Positions 10,049 through 18,733 of a stretch of 30,188 nt of DNA are shown in pieces. This DNA comes from Candidatus Saccharimonadales bacterium. Its GTDB lineage: Bacteria; Patescibacteriota; Saccharimonadia; Saccharimonadales; UBA4665. Under the pieces are notes generated by a model. The model saw nothing but the letters and a program-made list of their open reading frames with translations, ran no database searches and was not told the DNA's origin. The stretch spans positions 1 to 30,188 of the forward strand of contig JBAQZF010000024.1 in assembly GCA_049790715.1 (NCBI GenBank). Direction: 5' to 3'. The position numbers and the translations under genes are program-made. Every line of letters starts with the position of its first letter. Positions within the stretch are counted from its first letter, which is position 1.

Positions 10049-11239
10049 ATGGATACAAGACCCCTCGCGGAGCGGCAACGGCCCCAGCAGCTTGACGACA
10101 TTGTCGGACAGGCACATTTAGTAGGTAGTGGCAAGATCATTCATGAAATCATCGCGCGTAAGCAGCCGACCAGTTTGATTTTGTGGGGGCCACCAGGTAG
10201 TGGCAAAACGACGCTGGCGCGGATCGTGGCCCGCGAGACTGGCGCGGAATTTATGGAACTCAGCGCGGTGACCTCCGGCAAGGCCGATGTCATCAAAGTT
10301 ATCGAGCGCGCAGCCCAAAATCAGCGTCTTGGTATGCAAACTATTCTGTTCGTCGACGAAATTCACCGTTTCAACAAAGCTCAGCAAGATGCCTTTTTGC
10401 CGCATGTTGAAGATGGCACGATTATATTAATCGGTGCCACGACCGAGAATCCGAGTTTTGAAGTAATTAACCCGCTTTTGAGTCGTTCGCGGGTCTTGGT
10501 GCTGGAGCCGCTTGACAAGAATGCTATAACAGATATCGTCAAGCGGGCCGCTAAGGCTGAAAAACTGACTGCTAAACGATTACCGGCAAAGAGCATCGAC
10601 TTGCTGGCTGAACTATCAGGCGGCGACGCGCGAGTGGCACTGGGCAACCTGGAATTGGCTCTACAATTAGCTGGCGATAAACCAATCACGCCGCAGATCG
10701 TGGAGACCGCCGCTCAGACTCGCCTGCCTGGCTACGACAAAAAGGGCGAATACCACTACAACGTCATCAGTGCCTTTATCAAATCAATGCGCGGATCAGA
10801 TGCTACTGCCACGCTCTACTACCTAGCCCGCATGTTACAAGCTGGCGAAGATCCAAAATTCGTAGCCCGCCGAATGGTGATTTTTGCTTCTGAAGACATC
10901 GGCATAGCCGCGCCGGCAGCCTTAAATTTGGCTGTTTCGACATTTTTAGCAGTCGAGCGCATCGGCCTGCCAGAAGCTCAATATAATCTGTTTCATTGCG
11001 CGACAGTGCTCGCTAAAGCGCCAAAGTCCCGAGAAGTTGCTAATGCCATGAGCCAAGCCTTGAACGCCGCCCGCGAACATCCCGACTTACCAGTCCCACT
11101 GCATTTGCGCAACGCTCCGACCAAGCTCATGAAAGACCTTGGGTATGGTAAAGGTACCAAGTGGGAAGCTGGTTTTAAGCATCCCAAAGGTTTCATGCCA
11201 GATGAACTCACTAGCCTTAACCTCTTTGAAGAAGCCTGA
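10049..11239 (+). CDS. rarA: Replication-associated recombination protein A (AAA+ ATPase)
   Basis: PLAERQRP, WGPPGSGKTT, LFVDEIHRFNKAQQD, GATTENPSF, ISAFIKSMRGSD, VPLHLRNAPT. Confidence 0.96.
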   Translation: MDTRPLAERQRPQQLDDIVGQAHLVGSGKIIHEIIARKQPTSLILWGPPGSGKTTLARIVARETGAEFMELSAVTSGKADVIKVIERAAQNQRLGMQTILFVDEIHRFNKAQQDAFLPHVEDGTIILIGATTENPSFEVINPLLSRSRVLVLEPLDKNAITDIVKRAAKAEKLTAKRLPAKSIDLLAELSGGDARVALGNLELALQLAGDKPITPQIVETAAQTRLPGYDKKGEYHYNVISAFIKSMRGSDATATLYYLARMLQAGEDPKFVARRMVIFASEDIGIAAPAALNLAVSTFLAVERIGLPEAQYNLFHCATVLAKAPKSREVANAMSQALNAAREHPDLPVPLHLRNAPTKLMKDLGYGKGTKWEAGFKHPKGFMPDELTSLNLFEEA

Positions 11240-11312
11240 CGAGCACTGCAAGTCGGATGCTTTTAACACCTACGCCCTTTGATGATTTGACACGATATGA
11301 TATAATATGTAC

Positions 11313-11549
11313 ATGAGTTGTTCTTCATTCTCTGACGGTGAACATTTTCATTGCCCATACGACGAAGCTGACCCTCGACGTCAACAGTATATCGATGGCA
11401 TCACTCCTGAAACTCCGCCAGAGAGCCCAAATATCGAGCCACCCAAGTCGCCTTCTGTGGCTCGAAAAATCGGCAACTTGCTCATGGACACTTTAAACGC
11501 TTCTCCTATTGTTGCTGGTGCTCGAGTTTTCCAAAATCTACTTAAGTAA
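11313..11549 (+). CDS. Small hypothetical protein
   Basis: ORF fills the gap between convergent genes; ATG 11313 lies 6 nt after TATAAT (alternative start 11307). Confidence 0.5.
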   Translation: MSCSSFSDGEHFHCPYDEADPRRQQYIDGITPETPPESPNIEPPKSPSVARKIGNLLMDTLNASPIVAGARVFQNLLK

Positions 11550-11570
11550 TCCAATATTTGCAAGCCCACG

Positions 11571-12785
11571 TTAAACACTGAGTGCTAGTTCTTTTCTGCC
11601 ACTAGCCAAACTAAAAACACGTAAAGCCTCATCGATCGCCTGGATAATATCTACCGGATTTTCAAAGCCGAGACTCAGTCGGAAAAAGTTGTCGCCGATA
11701 CCTAGATTGTCGCGTTGGGTTGGCGTCAAACTGCGATGACTCATGCTAGCGGGATGGGCCAAAATAGTTTCGGGGCTGGCTAGACTTTCAGCGAAGACTA
11801 CTAAGCCGCTGTCTTGTAAATTACCTACAAATTGGCGGATAAGCTTCAGATCACGCGACCGAAGATCAAATGATACTGTTCCTCCAAATCCGCGAGTCAT
11901 CTGTTTCTTAATAAGCGCGTGTCCGGGATGATCTGTTAGACCAGGATAATAGACATGTTCTATGTGTGGCTGTTGCGAAAGATATTCTGCGACAGTTTGT
12001 GCTGTTTGACTGACCCGCGCCCAGCGCAGCTCTAGCGTCTTTAGCTCCTGAATAACTCTGTAGCACTCATCTGGCGACAATACCGCGCCAACCGACCACT
12101 GTAGCCAAACTAATCGTTCATACAGCGCCTGATTCTGAGTGACGATGGCACCGCCGATCACGTCATTATGACCTGCGAAATATTTACTGAGACTATAAAT
12201 AACCGTTTCGATACCATACTTGAAAGGATCAGTGGTACAGGGTGGCGCGAAGGTCAGATCGGCTATGAAACGCAGCTTTAGCTTCTTGGCGATAGCACCT
12301 ATTTTTGCTAGATCAATCACCCCAAGTTTGGGATTGGTGGGGCTCTCAACCCATATGGCCACTGTTCGATCGGTCGTAACTTTCTTGACTGCTTTGATAT
12401 CTTCGACATCAACATACGAAGTCTTAATGCCAAAGTCCGCAAACAGCTGATCAAGCAAGCGAATGGTGCCACCGTAGAGTTCGCGGCAACAAACTATATG
12501 GTCGCCGGGCTTGAGTGTCAGTAAAAACATCGTAGTGGCGGCATCGCCGGAGCCAAAGACAGTCGCTTGTCCGCTACCCACAAGCTTTTCTAGCTTACGC
12601 TCCAAAATACTGCGGGTTGGGTTTTTACCACGTGAGTACTGCCAGGCCGACTCGACACCAAAGACTGGCTGTCGAAAGGTTTTTGTTCTAACTAGCACCG
12701 GTGCGATTGCCCCGGTAAGCGGATCAGGCGCCTCCCCTCCATGAACTAGTGTTGTTCCAAGCCCGTATGATGTATCTTTTGACAT
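11571..12785 (-). CDS. Cys/Met metabolism PLP-dependent enzyme (cystathionine gamma-synthase/lyase family)
   Basis: YSRGKNPT, LYGGT, WVESPTNP, PLP-Lys motif YSLSKYFAGHNDVIGG, AESL..PETIL.HPASMSH, RLSLGFE. Confidence 0.92.
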   Translation of the reverse strand: MSKDTSYGLGTTLVHGGEAPDPLTGAIAPVLVRTKTFRQPVFGVESAWQYSRGKNPTRSILERKLEKLVGSGQATVFGSGDAATTMFLLTLKPGDHIVCCRELYGGTIRLLDQLFADFGIKTSYVDVEDIKAVKKVTTDRTVAIWVESPTNPKLGVIDLAKIGAIAKKLKLRFIADLTFAPPCTTDPFKYGIETVIYSLSKYFAGHNDVIGGAIVTQNQALYERLVWLQWSVGAVLSPDECYRVIQELKTLELRWARVSQTAQTVAEYLSQQPHIEHVYYPGLTDHPGHALIKKQMTRGFGGTVSFDLRSRDLKLIRQFVGNLQDSGLVVFAESLASPETILAHPASMSHRSLTPTQRDNLGIGDNFFRLSLGFENPVDIIQAIDEALRVFSLASGRKELALSV

Positions 12786-12826
12786 AAAAATATCCTTTCC
12801 GCCGACAATCGCGATAGGAAAGGATA
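12786..12826 (-). terminator. Riboswitch expression platform: terminator / RBS-sequestering hairpin
   Basis: Perfect 10-bp stem TATCCTTTCC/GGAAAGGATA followed by TTTTT then the ATG; the 3' arm contains the SD-like GGAAAGGA. Confidence 0.75.
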
Positions 12827-12835
12827 GAGACGAAT

Positions 12836-12940
12836 CAATATCTTCCTCGCACGCTAATGGCGAGCTAGATGGAGCACCTTGCTTACGCAGGCTGCTGGCG
12901 GGTCAACGAGCTAGATCTCTCACCGCACTCTTTATATTTA
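12836..12940 (-). ncRNA. SAM-I-like (S-box) riboswitch aptamer
   Basis: Minus strand AATATAAAGAG-TGCGG-TGAGAGATCTAGCTC-GTTGACCCGC-CAGCAGCC-TGCGTAAGCA-AGGTGCT-CCATCTAG-CTCG...CGAG-GAAGATATT follows SAM-I order (P2 with kink-turn, GCA.CC/GGTGC P3, CTAG pseudoknot, P4, AGAT) upstream of a Met/Cys enzyme. Confidence 0.75.
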
Positions 12941-13012
12941 AATTGTTAACGATATCAATTGTAGCCCGCACTGGCCTTTTTACGCAAGTTTTAGTATAAT
13001 CAACCCCTGTCA

Positions 13013-13086
13013 TAGGGTGTAGCCAAGTGGTAAGGCAATGGGTTCTGGTCCCATGATCGGGGGTTCGAATCCCTCCACCCTAGCCA
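13013..13086 (+). tRNA. tRNA-Gln(CTG)
   Basis: Acceptor TAGGGTG/CACCCTA, anticodon arm ATGGG-TTCTGGT-CCCAT, T-loop GGTTCGAATCC, encoded CCA. Confidence 0.96.
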
Positions 13087-13109
13087 AAAGCTCATGGTAT
13101 ATTGAGAAC

Positions 13110-13436
13110 ATGCACTATCTCGGGTTGCGGCATAAGTACGAGCGTCGGCAGGCGGACGGCACGTCGCAAAAGTCATCGTACATCGTTTTTCTCGATAAGC
13201 TCACCTTTATCGTCGGGGTGATCGGCCCCTTTACTGTGTTGCCGCAAATTTACACGATCTTCACCACGCAGTCCGCTAAAGGCGTGTCGCTGGCGACCTG
13301 GGCGCTGATATTTATCGTGACCTTTCCCTGGATCTTATATGGAATGGCTCACAAGGAAAAAAGCATCATCGTGAGTTTTATTTTGTGGGAAGTGGTCAAT
13401 CTGGCGGTGGTTGTTGGGGTGCTTTTATACCAGTAG
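13110..13436 (+). CDS. PQ-loop / SemiSWEET-like 3-TM transporter
   Basis: LPQIYTIFTTQSAKGVSLATW...WILYG, three hydrophobic helices; start moved to 13110 because the longer ORF overlaps the tRNA. Confidence 0.8.
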   Translation: MHYLGLRHKYERRQADGTSQKSSYIVFLDKLTFIVGVIGPFTVLPQIYTIFTTQSAKGVSLATWALIFIVTFPWILYGMAHKEKSIIVSFILWEVVNLAVVVGVLLYQ

Positions 13437-13493
13437 ATACTAGCTAGGGCTAGAAACAGTTGCCCTCGCAAAGCTACTTTTCAAAAGTTCTTC

Positions 13494-14066
13494 TTACTCT
13501 CGGCCGACCATGGCGAGTAGTTTCGTTTGAGGGCTGGCGTCGGCGGAGACTTCTAGCGCGGGCGGGAAGACGCCCATTTTTCTGTAGCCGTCAACTACGG
13601 GAGTAAATTCATCTAGTAGCGCCCGTACGAAATCATCCGCCATAATCGTATCGGCGCCAATCAGCTTGGCGATGTCATACGACCGGAAGGCGCGGAAGCA
13701 GGTGACGTGTTGCAGGTAGTCTTTTGCCGGAAAATCACCATATGAAAGGTGGGTCATCTGCTCTAAATCTGTAAACGTACGGACGGCGTCGACAGCGCGT
13801 TTATTATACTGGTGGTAATTAGCCCTGATATCGCCGCTTTTCAGCAGATGTTCGTACCTATCACCGACTTCTTCCTTAGTCTTGCCGGCCAGCACATCTG
13901 GCACCCAGGCATCGTCATAGGTGTGCCAGCGCACTGCTTCGCCTAGTGTTCCTGGTTTCCTAGACATCCCTGGCGGCATGGCGATGTCCCACTGCTCGTC
14001 AGTTATTTGGTCCACCGACTTTTGCAGGGCATGATTGGACATGATAAATAATTCCTGAATTGTCAT
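13494..14066 (-). CDS. DinB/MDMPI superfamily protein (TIGR03086-like)
   Basis: QW....P...TL..AV.WH N-terminus and GVFPPALEVSADASPQTKLLAMVGR C-terminus; AGGAG SD upstream. Confidence 0.7.
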   Translation of the reverse strand: MTIQELFIMSNHALQKSVDQITDEQWDIAMPPGMSRKPGTLGEAVRWHTYDDAWVPDVLAGKTKEEVGDRYEHLLKSGDIRANYHQYNKRAVDAVRTFTDLEQMTHLSYGDFPAKDYLQHVTCFRAFRSYDIAKLIGADTIMADDFVRALLDEFTPVVDGYRKMGVFPPALEVSADASPQTKLLAMVGRE

Positions 14067-14204
14067 AATATAAGTTCTCCTTAATTATATCTATGAGTAT
14101 AAACTCCTAATGCCATTTTGTGGATTATTCTCTGTTTACTTAGATGTATATTTGCTGATAATGAACGACTTATGCGCTTATTATTATCATGGTATGATGT
14201 GGTT

Positions 14205-14840
14205 ATGAGCCACGCGCTGATAGGTGAAATTGCCGGTGTTTTGGGTATCCTGCAAATCATCCCTTATGTCATAGATATCTTCCGCGGCCACACCAAACCG
14301 GAACGCGCCACCTACTTTATATGGTTTATCGTCGATACTGTTACCATTACCAGCTATATCGCGGTCGGCGCCCGCACGACTATTTGGGTTGGTTTGGTGT
14401 ATGTGTTCAGCGGGCTTTTAATATTCGGACTGTCGATCAAATACGGCATGGGCGGCTACAGCACATTTGATATAATTTGCCTGGTTCTTGCACTTATCGG
14501 CTTGACTCTGTGGGTTACCAGCAAAAACGCTCTACTGGCTTTGTACTTTAGTGTATTCGTCGCTACAATCGGCTATCTGCCAACTATCAAGAAAGCTTAC
14601 TTCTATCCGGAAACAGAGAATACCCTCTCCTGGACTATTACGGCCTGTACCGGCATACTGAACTTTTTCGCACTAACAAGCTTTACGCTTACTCTGGCAT
14701 TTCCTTTGATTAGCAGCGCCATAACAAGCGGACTGGTTGCCTATCTACTGCTCTTCCCTATCGCGCATGCCAGAATGAAGGAACGTCGGTTCTTACGCAA
14801 AATACACCTGCTGTTATCTCATCCGATACTCCTAAAATAA
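14205..14840 (+). CDS. Multi-pass membrane protein with two PQ-loop-like halves
   Basis: IIPYVIDIFRGHTKP and YLPTIKKAYFYPETE repeats, ~7 hydrophobic segments; ATG 14205 is 6 nt after TATGAT. Confidence 0.7.
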   Translation: MSHALIGEIAGVLGILQIIPYVIDIFRGHTKPERATYFIWFIVDTVTITSYIAVGARTTIWVGLVYVFSGLLIFGLSIKYGMGGYSTFDIICLVLALIGLTLWVTSKNALLALYFSVFVATIGYLPTIKKAYFYPETENTLSWTITACTGILNFFALTSFTLTLAFPLISSAITSGLVAYLLLFPIAHARMKERRFLRKIHLLLSHPILLK

Positions 14841-14935
14841 TCGGTATTTAGATGCTCGACCCAATATGGTTCCTACAAGATAGACAGTCAATGTGATTAT
14901 GGTATGCTGAAAGAGAACAATAATTAGGAGGGTAT

Positions 14936-15508
14936 ATGCTCGCGAAAATCGTAGATGAAGTATCTGGAGCGGTCACAGCCGCCATACAAGGCGTCGATAA
15001 TATTTTGGACGCGGTGACTGACACCGTCAAAAATCAAGTCGTTGGGGCTCTGAAAGATGTCGGCGACGTGGCTGGAGCTAGTGTCGAAACCGTCGCGTCC
15101 GTAGCTAGCGGCGCGATCAAAGGTGTCGGTCAGGTTGGCGGATCGGTTATCGATACGGCCTCTAGCACCATGAGCGGTGTTATCAAAGGAGTGAGTCAGG
15201 TTGGCGGAGACGTCGGAGGAGCTATACGCGGCGCGGCCCAGGGAATTGTCCAAGGCACTGCCGACACCGGTGGTGACATTGGCGGAGCAGCCGTCGGTGC
15301 CGTCCAGAGCGCTATTAAGTCTGCTGGTGACATGGGTGCTGATACTTCGGAAGCCGCCAAAGCTGCCGTCGGTGGCGCGCTAGACGCGGCGACCAGTGTC
15401 GGTGGAGACGCCACCAAAACCGTACGTGACGCGCTGCTCTCTACGGCCGCTCTGCCACGCGACGTCATCGAAGCGGCCCTCAAAGGCAGTGACGACAAGG
15501 ATAAGTAG
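14936..15508 (+). CDS. Ala/Gly/Val-rich protein with tandem 22-aa amphipathic repeats
   Basis: AGGAGG SD; six consecutive 22-residue units; 9 nt upstream of the VOC gene. Confidence 0.8.
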   Translation: MLAKIVDEVSGAVTAAIQGVDNILDAVTDTVKNQVVGALKDVGDVAGASVETVASVASGAIKGVGQVGGSVIDTASSTMSGVIKGVSQVGGDVGGAIRGAAQGIVQGTADTGGDIGGAAVGAVQSAIKSAGDMGADTSEAAKAAVGGALDAATSVGGDATKTVRDALLSTAALPRDVIEAALKGSDDKDK

Positions 15509-15517
15509 GAGACGACT

Positions 15518-15898
15518 ATGCTACGAGATTCACACGCCTTTAGCGGATTTTCGGTCAATGATTTGGCTGCCGCAAAAAAGTTTTACGGCGAAACGTTGGG
15601 ACTTGAGGTAAAAGAAGATGGCATGGGCCTGACGCTTAAAATCAGTGGCGGAAATGACATTTTCGTATACCCCAAAGACGACCATGCGCCCGCCACCTAC
15701 ACTGTCCTCAATTTTCCGGTTGATGATATCGACAAAGCAGTCCAAGAACTGACCGGCAAAGGCATCGAGTTTGAAAAGTACGATGATATGACCGACGACA
15801 AAGACATCGCCCGCGGCATCGCGGCCAAGCGCGGTCCAGACATAGCTTGGTTCAAAGATCCGGCTGGCAACATTTTGTCTGTCCTGCAAGAAGCATAA
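15518..15898 (+). CDS. VOC/glyoxalase family protein
   Basis: [49 protein letters not shown]. Confidence 0.92.
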   Translation: MLRDSHAFSGFSVNDLAAAKKFYGETLGLEVKEDGMGLTLKISGGNDIFVYPKDDHAPATYTVLNFPVDDIDKAVQELTGKGIEFEKYDDMTDDKDIARGIAAKRGPDIAWFKDPAGNILSVLQEA

Positions 15899-15976
15899 AA
15901 GGCTCAAAGCCTATCTGATTACTATAGCTTCTGGCAATGAAATAAAATCATATAAAAGATACACTGTAATCGCAGA

Positions 15977-16597
15977 CTACGCTTCAAGCTCTTGAGGCTG
16001 TTTGGCTTCAATCACGCCGCCAAGCATAGGAGCCTCAAAGAGACTCGAGACAATGCGACCAGTACTGCGTTTAAAAAGTTCTTCTGTAGGTATGCGAAAT
16101 TTATTATGCCCTACTGCCGCGTCAGCTAAATGCCCTGCGTCTGGAAAAACTCTTACCCACGTGCGTTGGTTTAGCTTTTTAGTTTCTTCAACCTTCCATT
16201 GAGGAGTCAATAGGCCCGATCGAACTACACTTAAGCCTTCTTTAAGCTGTACGGTTGCGGATAGCGCGGCCGTACCAATGGCTTCGTCGTAGTACAGTTT
16301 ACCAAGCTCCAGTTCACCGTCTTGGCGTTCACCGCCTCGAAAACGGTCTGAAAGAGTAGGTTTAAGCTCCGGAACAAGACTAAACATAAGCTCGTTTAGT
16401 TCGTCAACGTTATACATAGGGTTTTTTGGGTGCGTATAAATATCAAGTGTGCGGCTCCAATAGCCATCTGGGTTTGGCCATTCCCCACTAGCAAGATAGT
16501 TTTTTTCGTACCCACCAACTATCACGACATCAGGATTAGCACGCAATGAATCCACTACAATTTGCATTTTTTCTGCTGATTCAGGATTTGCCATCAT
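15977..16597 (-). CDS. Hypothetical protein
   Basis: 206-aa ORF with GAGG SD and a consensus promoter upstream. Confidence 0.7.
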   Translation of the reverse strand: MMANPESAEKMQIVVDSLRANPDVVIVGGYEKNYLASGEWPNPDGYWSRTLDIYTHPKNPMYNVDELNELMFSLVPELKPTLSDRFRGGERQDGELELGKLYYDEAIGTAALSATVQLKEGLSVVRSGLLTPQWKVEETKKLNQRTWVRVFPDAGHLADAAVGHNKFRIPTEELFKRSTGRIVSSLFEAPMLGGVIEAKQPQELEA

Positions 16598-16619
16598 TTA
16601 CCTCTAAAATTATAAATAC

Positions 16620-16648
16620 ATTATAACGTAAGATAAATATACTGTCAA
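16620..16648 (-). promoter_or_regulatory. Consensus sigma70 promoter
   Basis: TTGACA-17 nt-TATAAT. Confidence 0.8.
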
Positions 16649-16697
16649 ATATTATATCCTATCTTGTGATCAGTTATGGCCTCTAGATCCTCGCTGT

Positions 16698-17105
16698 CTA
16701 TGTTTTTTTGGTTGCGATGTTCATCATCCAATTGACACCGTATTTGTCGACTAAGCTGCCAAAAGTGTCGCCCCAAAACTCCTTTTTGAGCGGCATGTTG
16801 ACTGTGCCGCCAGCGCTCAAAGCATCAAAGATCTCAGTCAATTTAGCTTCGTCAGAACCACCCAGGCAAAGTTCGATCTTGCCAGTACCCAACTTTTTCT
16901 TGATAGTATCGCTGGCGAACAGCTTGATATCGCCGCCCTCGAGATGAGCGTGCATTACCTTGTCTTTGTTGGCTGGGTCAGTGTCCGGTGACTCGCCATG
17001 CGTCTGCACGCTGAGTTTACCACCAAAAATATCCTCGTAAAACTCCATCGCCTGACGGCAATTTCCGTCGAAAAACAGATAGGCGTCCAGTGAAATATCA
17101 CTCAT
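16698..17105 (-). CDS. VOC family protein, PhnB/YjdN-like
   Basis: YLFFDGNCRQAMEFY..IFGG, VMHAHL, MPL.KEFWGDTFGSLVDKYGVNWM; AAGGAGG SD. Confidence 0.92.
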   Translation of the reverse strand: MSDISLDAYLFFDGNCRQAMEFYEDIFGGKLSVQTHGESPDTDPANKDKVMHAHLEGGDIKLFASDTIKKKLGTGKIELCLGGSDEAKLTEIFDALSAGGTVNMPLKKEFWGDTFGSLVDKYGVNWMMNIATKKT

Positions 17106-17395
17106 GATTCCTCCTTATTAACACTACCTCAATTCTGTCACAGTATATGCTGAAATAAAAGCTGGCGACGGTATTAGAATAGTCAGGCGTTGTTCAAAAA
17201 TAGTCTTTATTATGTAGTGCCGCAGTTTCGGTGACTGTCGAAATCACGCTTAAATACGTCTGTTACGTGCTATTTTTGGTATGGTTCACGCTTATGAATA
17301 CTATGGTAAGATAGGCTCACTGGAGGAAGTTTGGGGAAATTTAGGAATTTTTTAATGTTTATCAATAATAATTACCCTTCGGAAATCACGACAAC

Positions 17396-18148
17396 ATGAA
17401 ATTACTCCTTATTGAAGACGACCGCAACATCACTCTCGCGCTCAGGCAGGCCCTGGCCGCGGAGCACGTGGTGGATATAGCGGCGGACGGCGCCGACGGG
17501 CTATTCAAAGCTGCCACCAGAAACTACGGCCTGATCATATTAGATCTACAGCTGCCGGATATACCGGGCTTGAAAGTCTGCGAGCGGTTGCGAGCGCAGG
17601 ACTTTAGCGGGCCGATCCTAGTACTGAGCGGAGAGGCCAAAGTCATTAGCAAAATTGGCCTGCTGGACGCCGGTGCCGACGATTACTTGACGAAGCCGTT
17701 CAGCCTAGGCGAGCTCAAAGCCCGATTGCGCGTCCTGAGCCGGCGAACGGGCACTAGCACGTCATCGAATAGTAACCGTCTGACAGTCGGTGATCTGACT
17801 CTGGATCGAGATAAGTATCAAGTGGAGCGCGGCGGGCAGACTATCAAATTGCGGCGCAAAGAGTTCGCGCTGCTGGAATGTCTGATGCAGCACGCTGGCA
17901 CCGTCGTGACCCGCGACATACTCGGCAGCTACGCCTGGCGGGACAATGAAGACCCCTGGACCAACACCATCGACGTGCACATTAAGTATTTGCGAGATAA
18001 GATTGACCGGCCCTTTGGCAGCAACCTGATCCGGACAGTGCATGGACTCGGCTACACGCTGGATATCACGACCACTGACAGCCAAGCCATAGCAAAAACC
18101 ACACACACCCAAAGCCAAGCGGAAACGCAGGCCCAGGCCGCTCTGTAG
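17396..18148 (+). CDS. OmpR/PhoB-family response regulator
   Basis: LLIEDD, ILDLQLPD, GADDYLTKPF, winged helix NTIDVHIKYLRDKID...IRTVHGLGY. Confidence 0.95.
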   Translation: MKLLLIEDDRNITLALRQALAAEHVVDIAADGADGLFKAATRNYGLIILDLQLPDIPGLKVCERLRAQDFSGPILVLSGEAKVISKIGLLDAGADDYLTKPFSLGELKARLRVLSRRTGTSTSSNSNRLTVGDLTLDRDKYQVERGGQTIKLRRKEFALLECLMQHAGTVVTRDILGSYAWRDNEDPWTNTIDVHIKYLRDKIDRPFGSNLIRTVHGLGYTLDITTTDSQAIAKTTHTQSQAETQAQAAL

Positions 18149-18233
18149 CCTCCTCTGTCTTGATTGTGAAAATCCTTACAGCGGGCCTCTGCGCGAGTGC
18201 TATAATTCAGCGGTATTTCTATAATCCTAACGC

Positions 18234-18722
18234 TTGCTTAAAGGAGATCGCTTGAGTTACAGCGACACTACTAGTTTTCCCCAGGACTACCGCACACGCA
18301 GCATGGTGGTCGGCGCGCCGCTCTTCGTTATATTAATTTTTGCGCTGAGTTTTCTGGCTTTTCAATCAGATACCGCGTCTCAACAAGTCGAGCTAGCCAA
18401 GACTCCTCAATCGCCAATCGCCTCCCATCTTACGGCATCGCCGGTCTTGGCTACCGATAGCACGTCACCGTCCTCGTCGCCTGCCACGGCACCGACTCCT
18501 GATCAGACGGACTCGTCTCAGACCCCCACTCAAGCGTCAAGCAGTGTCTCGGCAGCGCCCGCGCCACAAGCGACCAGTTTGGCGACTACTGGGCTGGACA
18601 GCGTTACTGTCCCGCGACAGATCCCCCTTCCGCCCCCGCTACAGGTCACGACGGGAGCACCGAAGCCGATCGATCTGTCTCAGCCGACACTTTCCAAGCT
18701 ATTTCATGCACTCGCGCACTAA
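18234..18722 (+). CDS. Membrane-anchored Ser/Thr/Pro-rich hypothetical protein
   Basis: One hydrophobic segment then low-complexity S/T/P/A tail; start uncertain (TTG 18252 follows AAGGAG). Confidence 0.6.
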   Translation: MLKGDRLSYSDTTSFPQDYRTRSMVVGAPLFVILIFALSFLAFQSDTASQQVELAKTPQSPIASHLTASPVLATDSTSPSSSPATAPTPDQTDSSQTPTQASSSVSAAPAPQATSLATTGLDSVTVPRQIPLPPPLQVTTGAPKPIDLSQPTLSKLFHALAH

Positions 18723-18733
18723 TTTTAGTTTTA

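Noticed and set aside
12861..12916. Direct repeat CGAGCTAGAT as CRISPR or operator
   Set aside because: Only two 10-nt copies, explained by riboswitch P2 loop/pseudoknot elements; no CRISPR array or cas genes seen in the window.
13038..13109. N-terminal extension of the PQ-loop ORF
   Set aside because: Overlaps tRNA-Gln.
13013..18722. Integrated element at tRNA-Gln
   Set aside because: No integrase, and I saw no duplicate of the tRNA 3' end; looks like gradual accretion of accessory genes.
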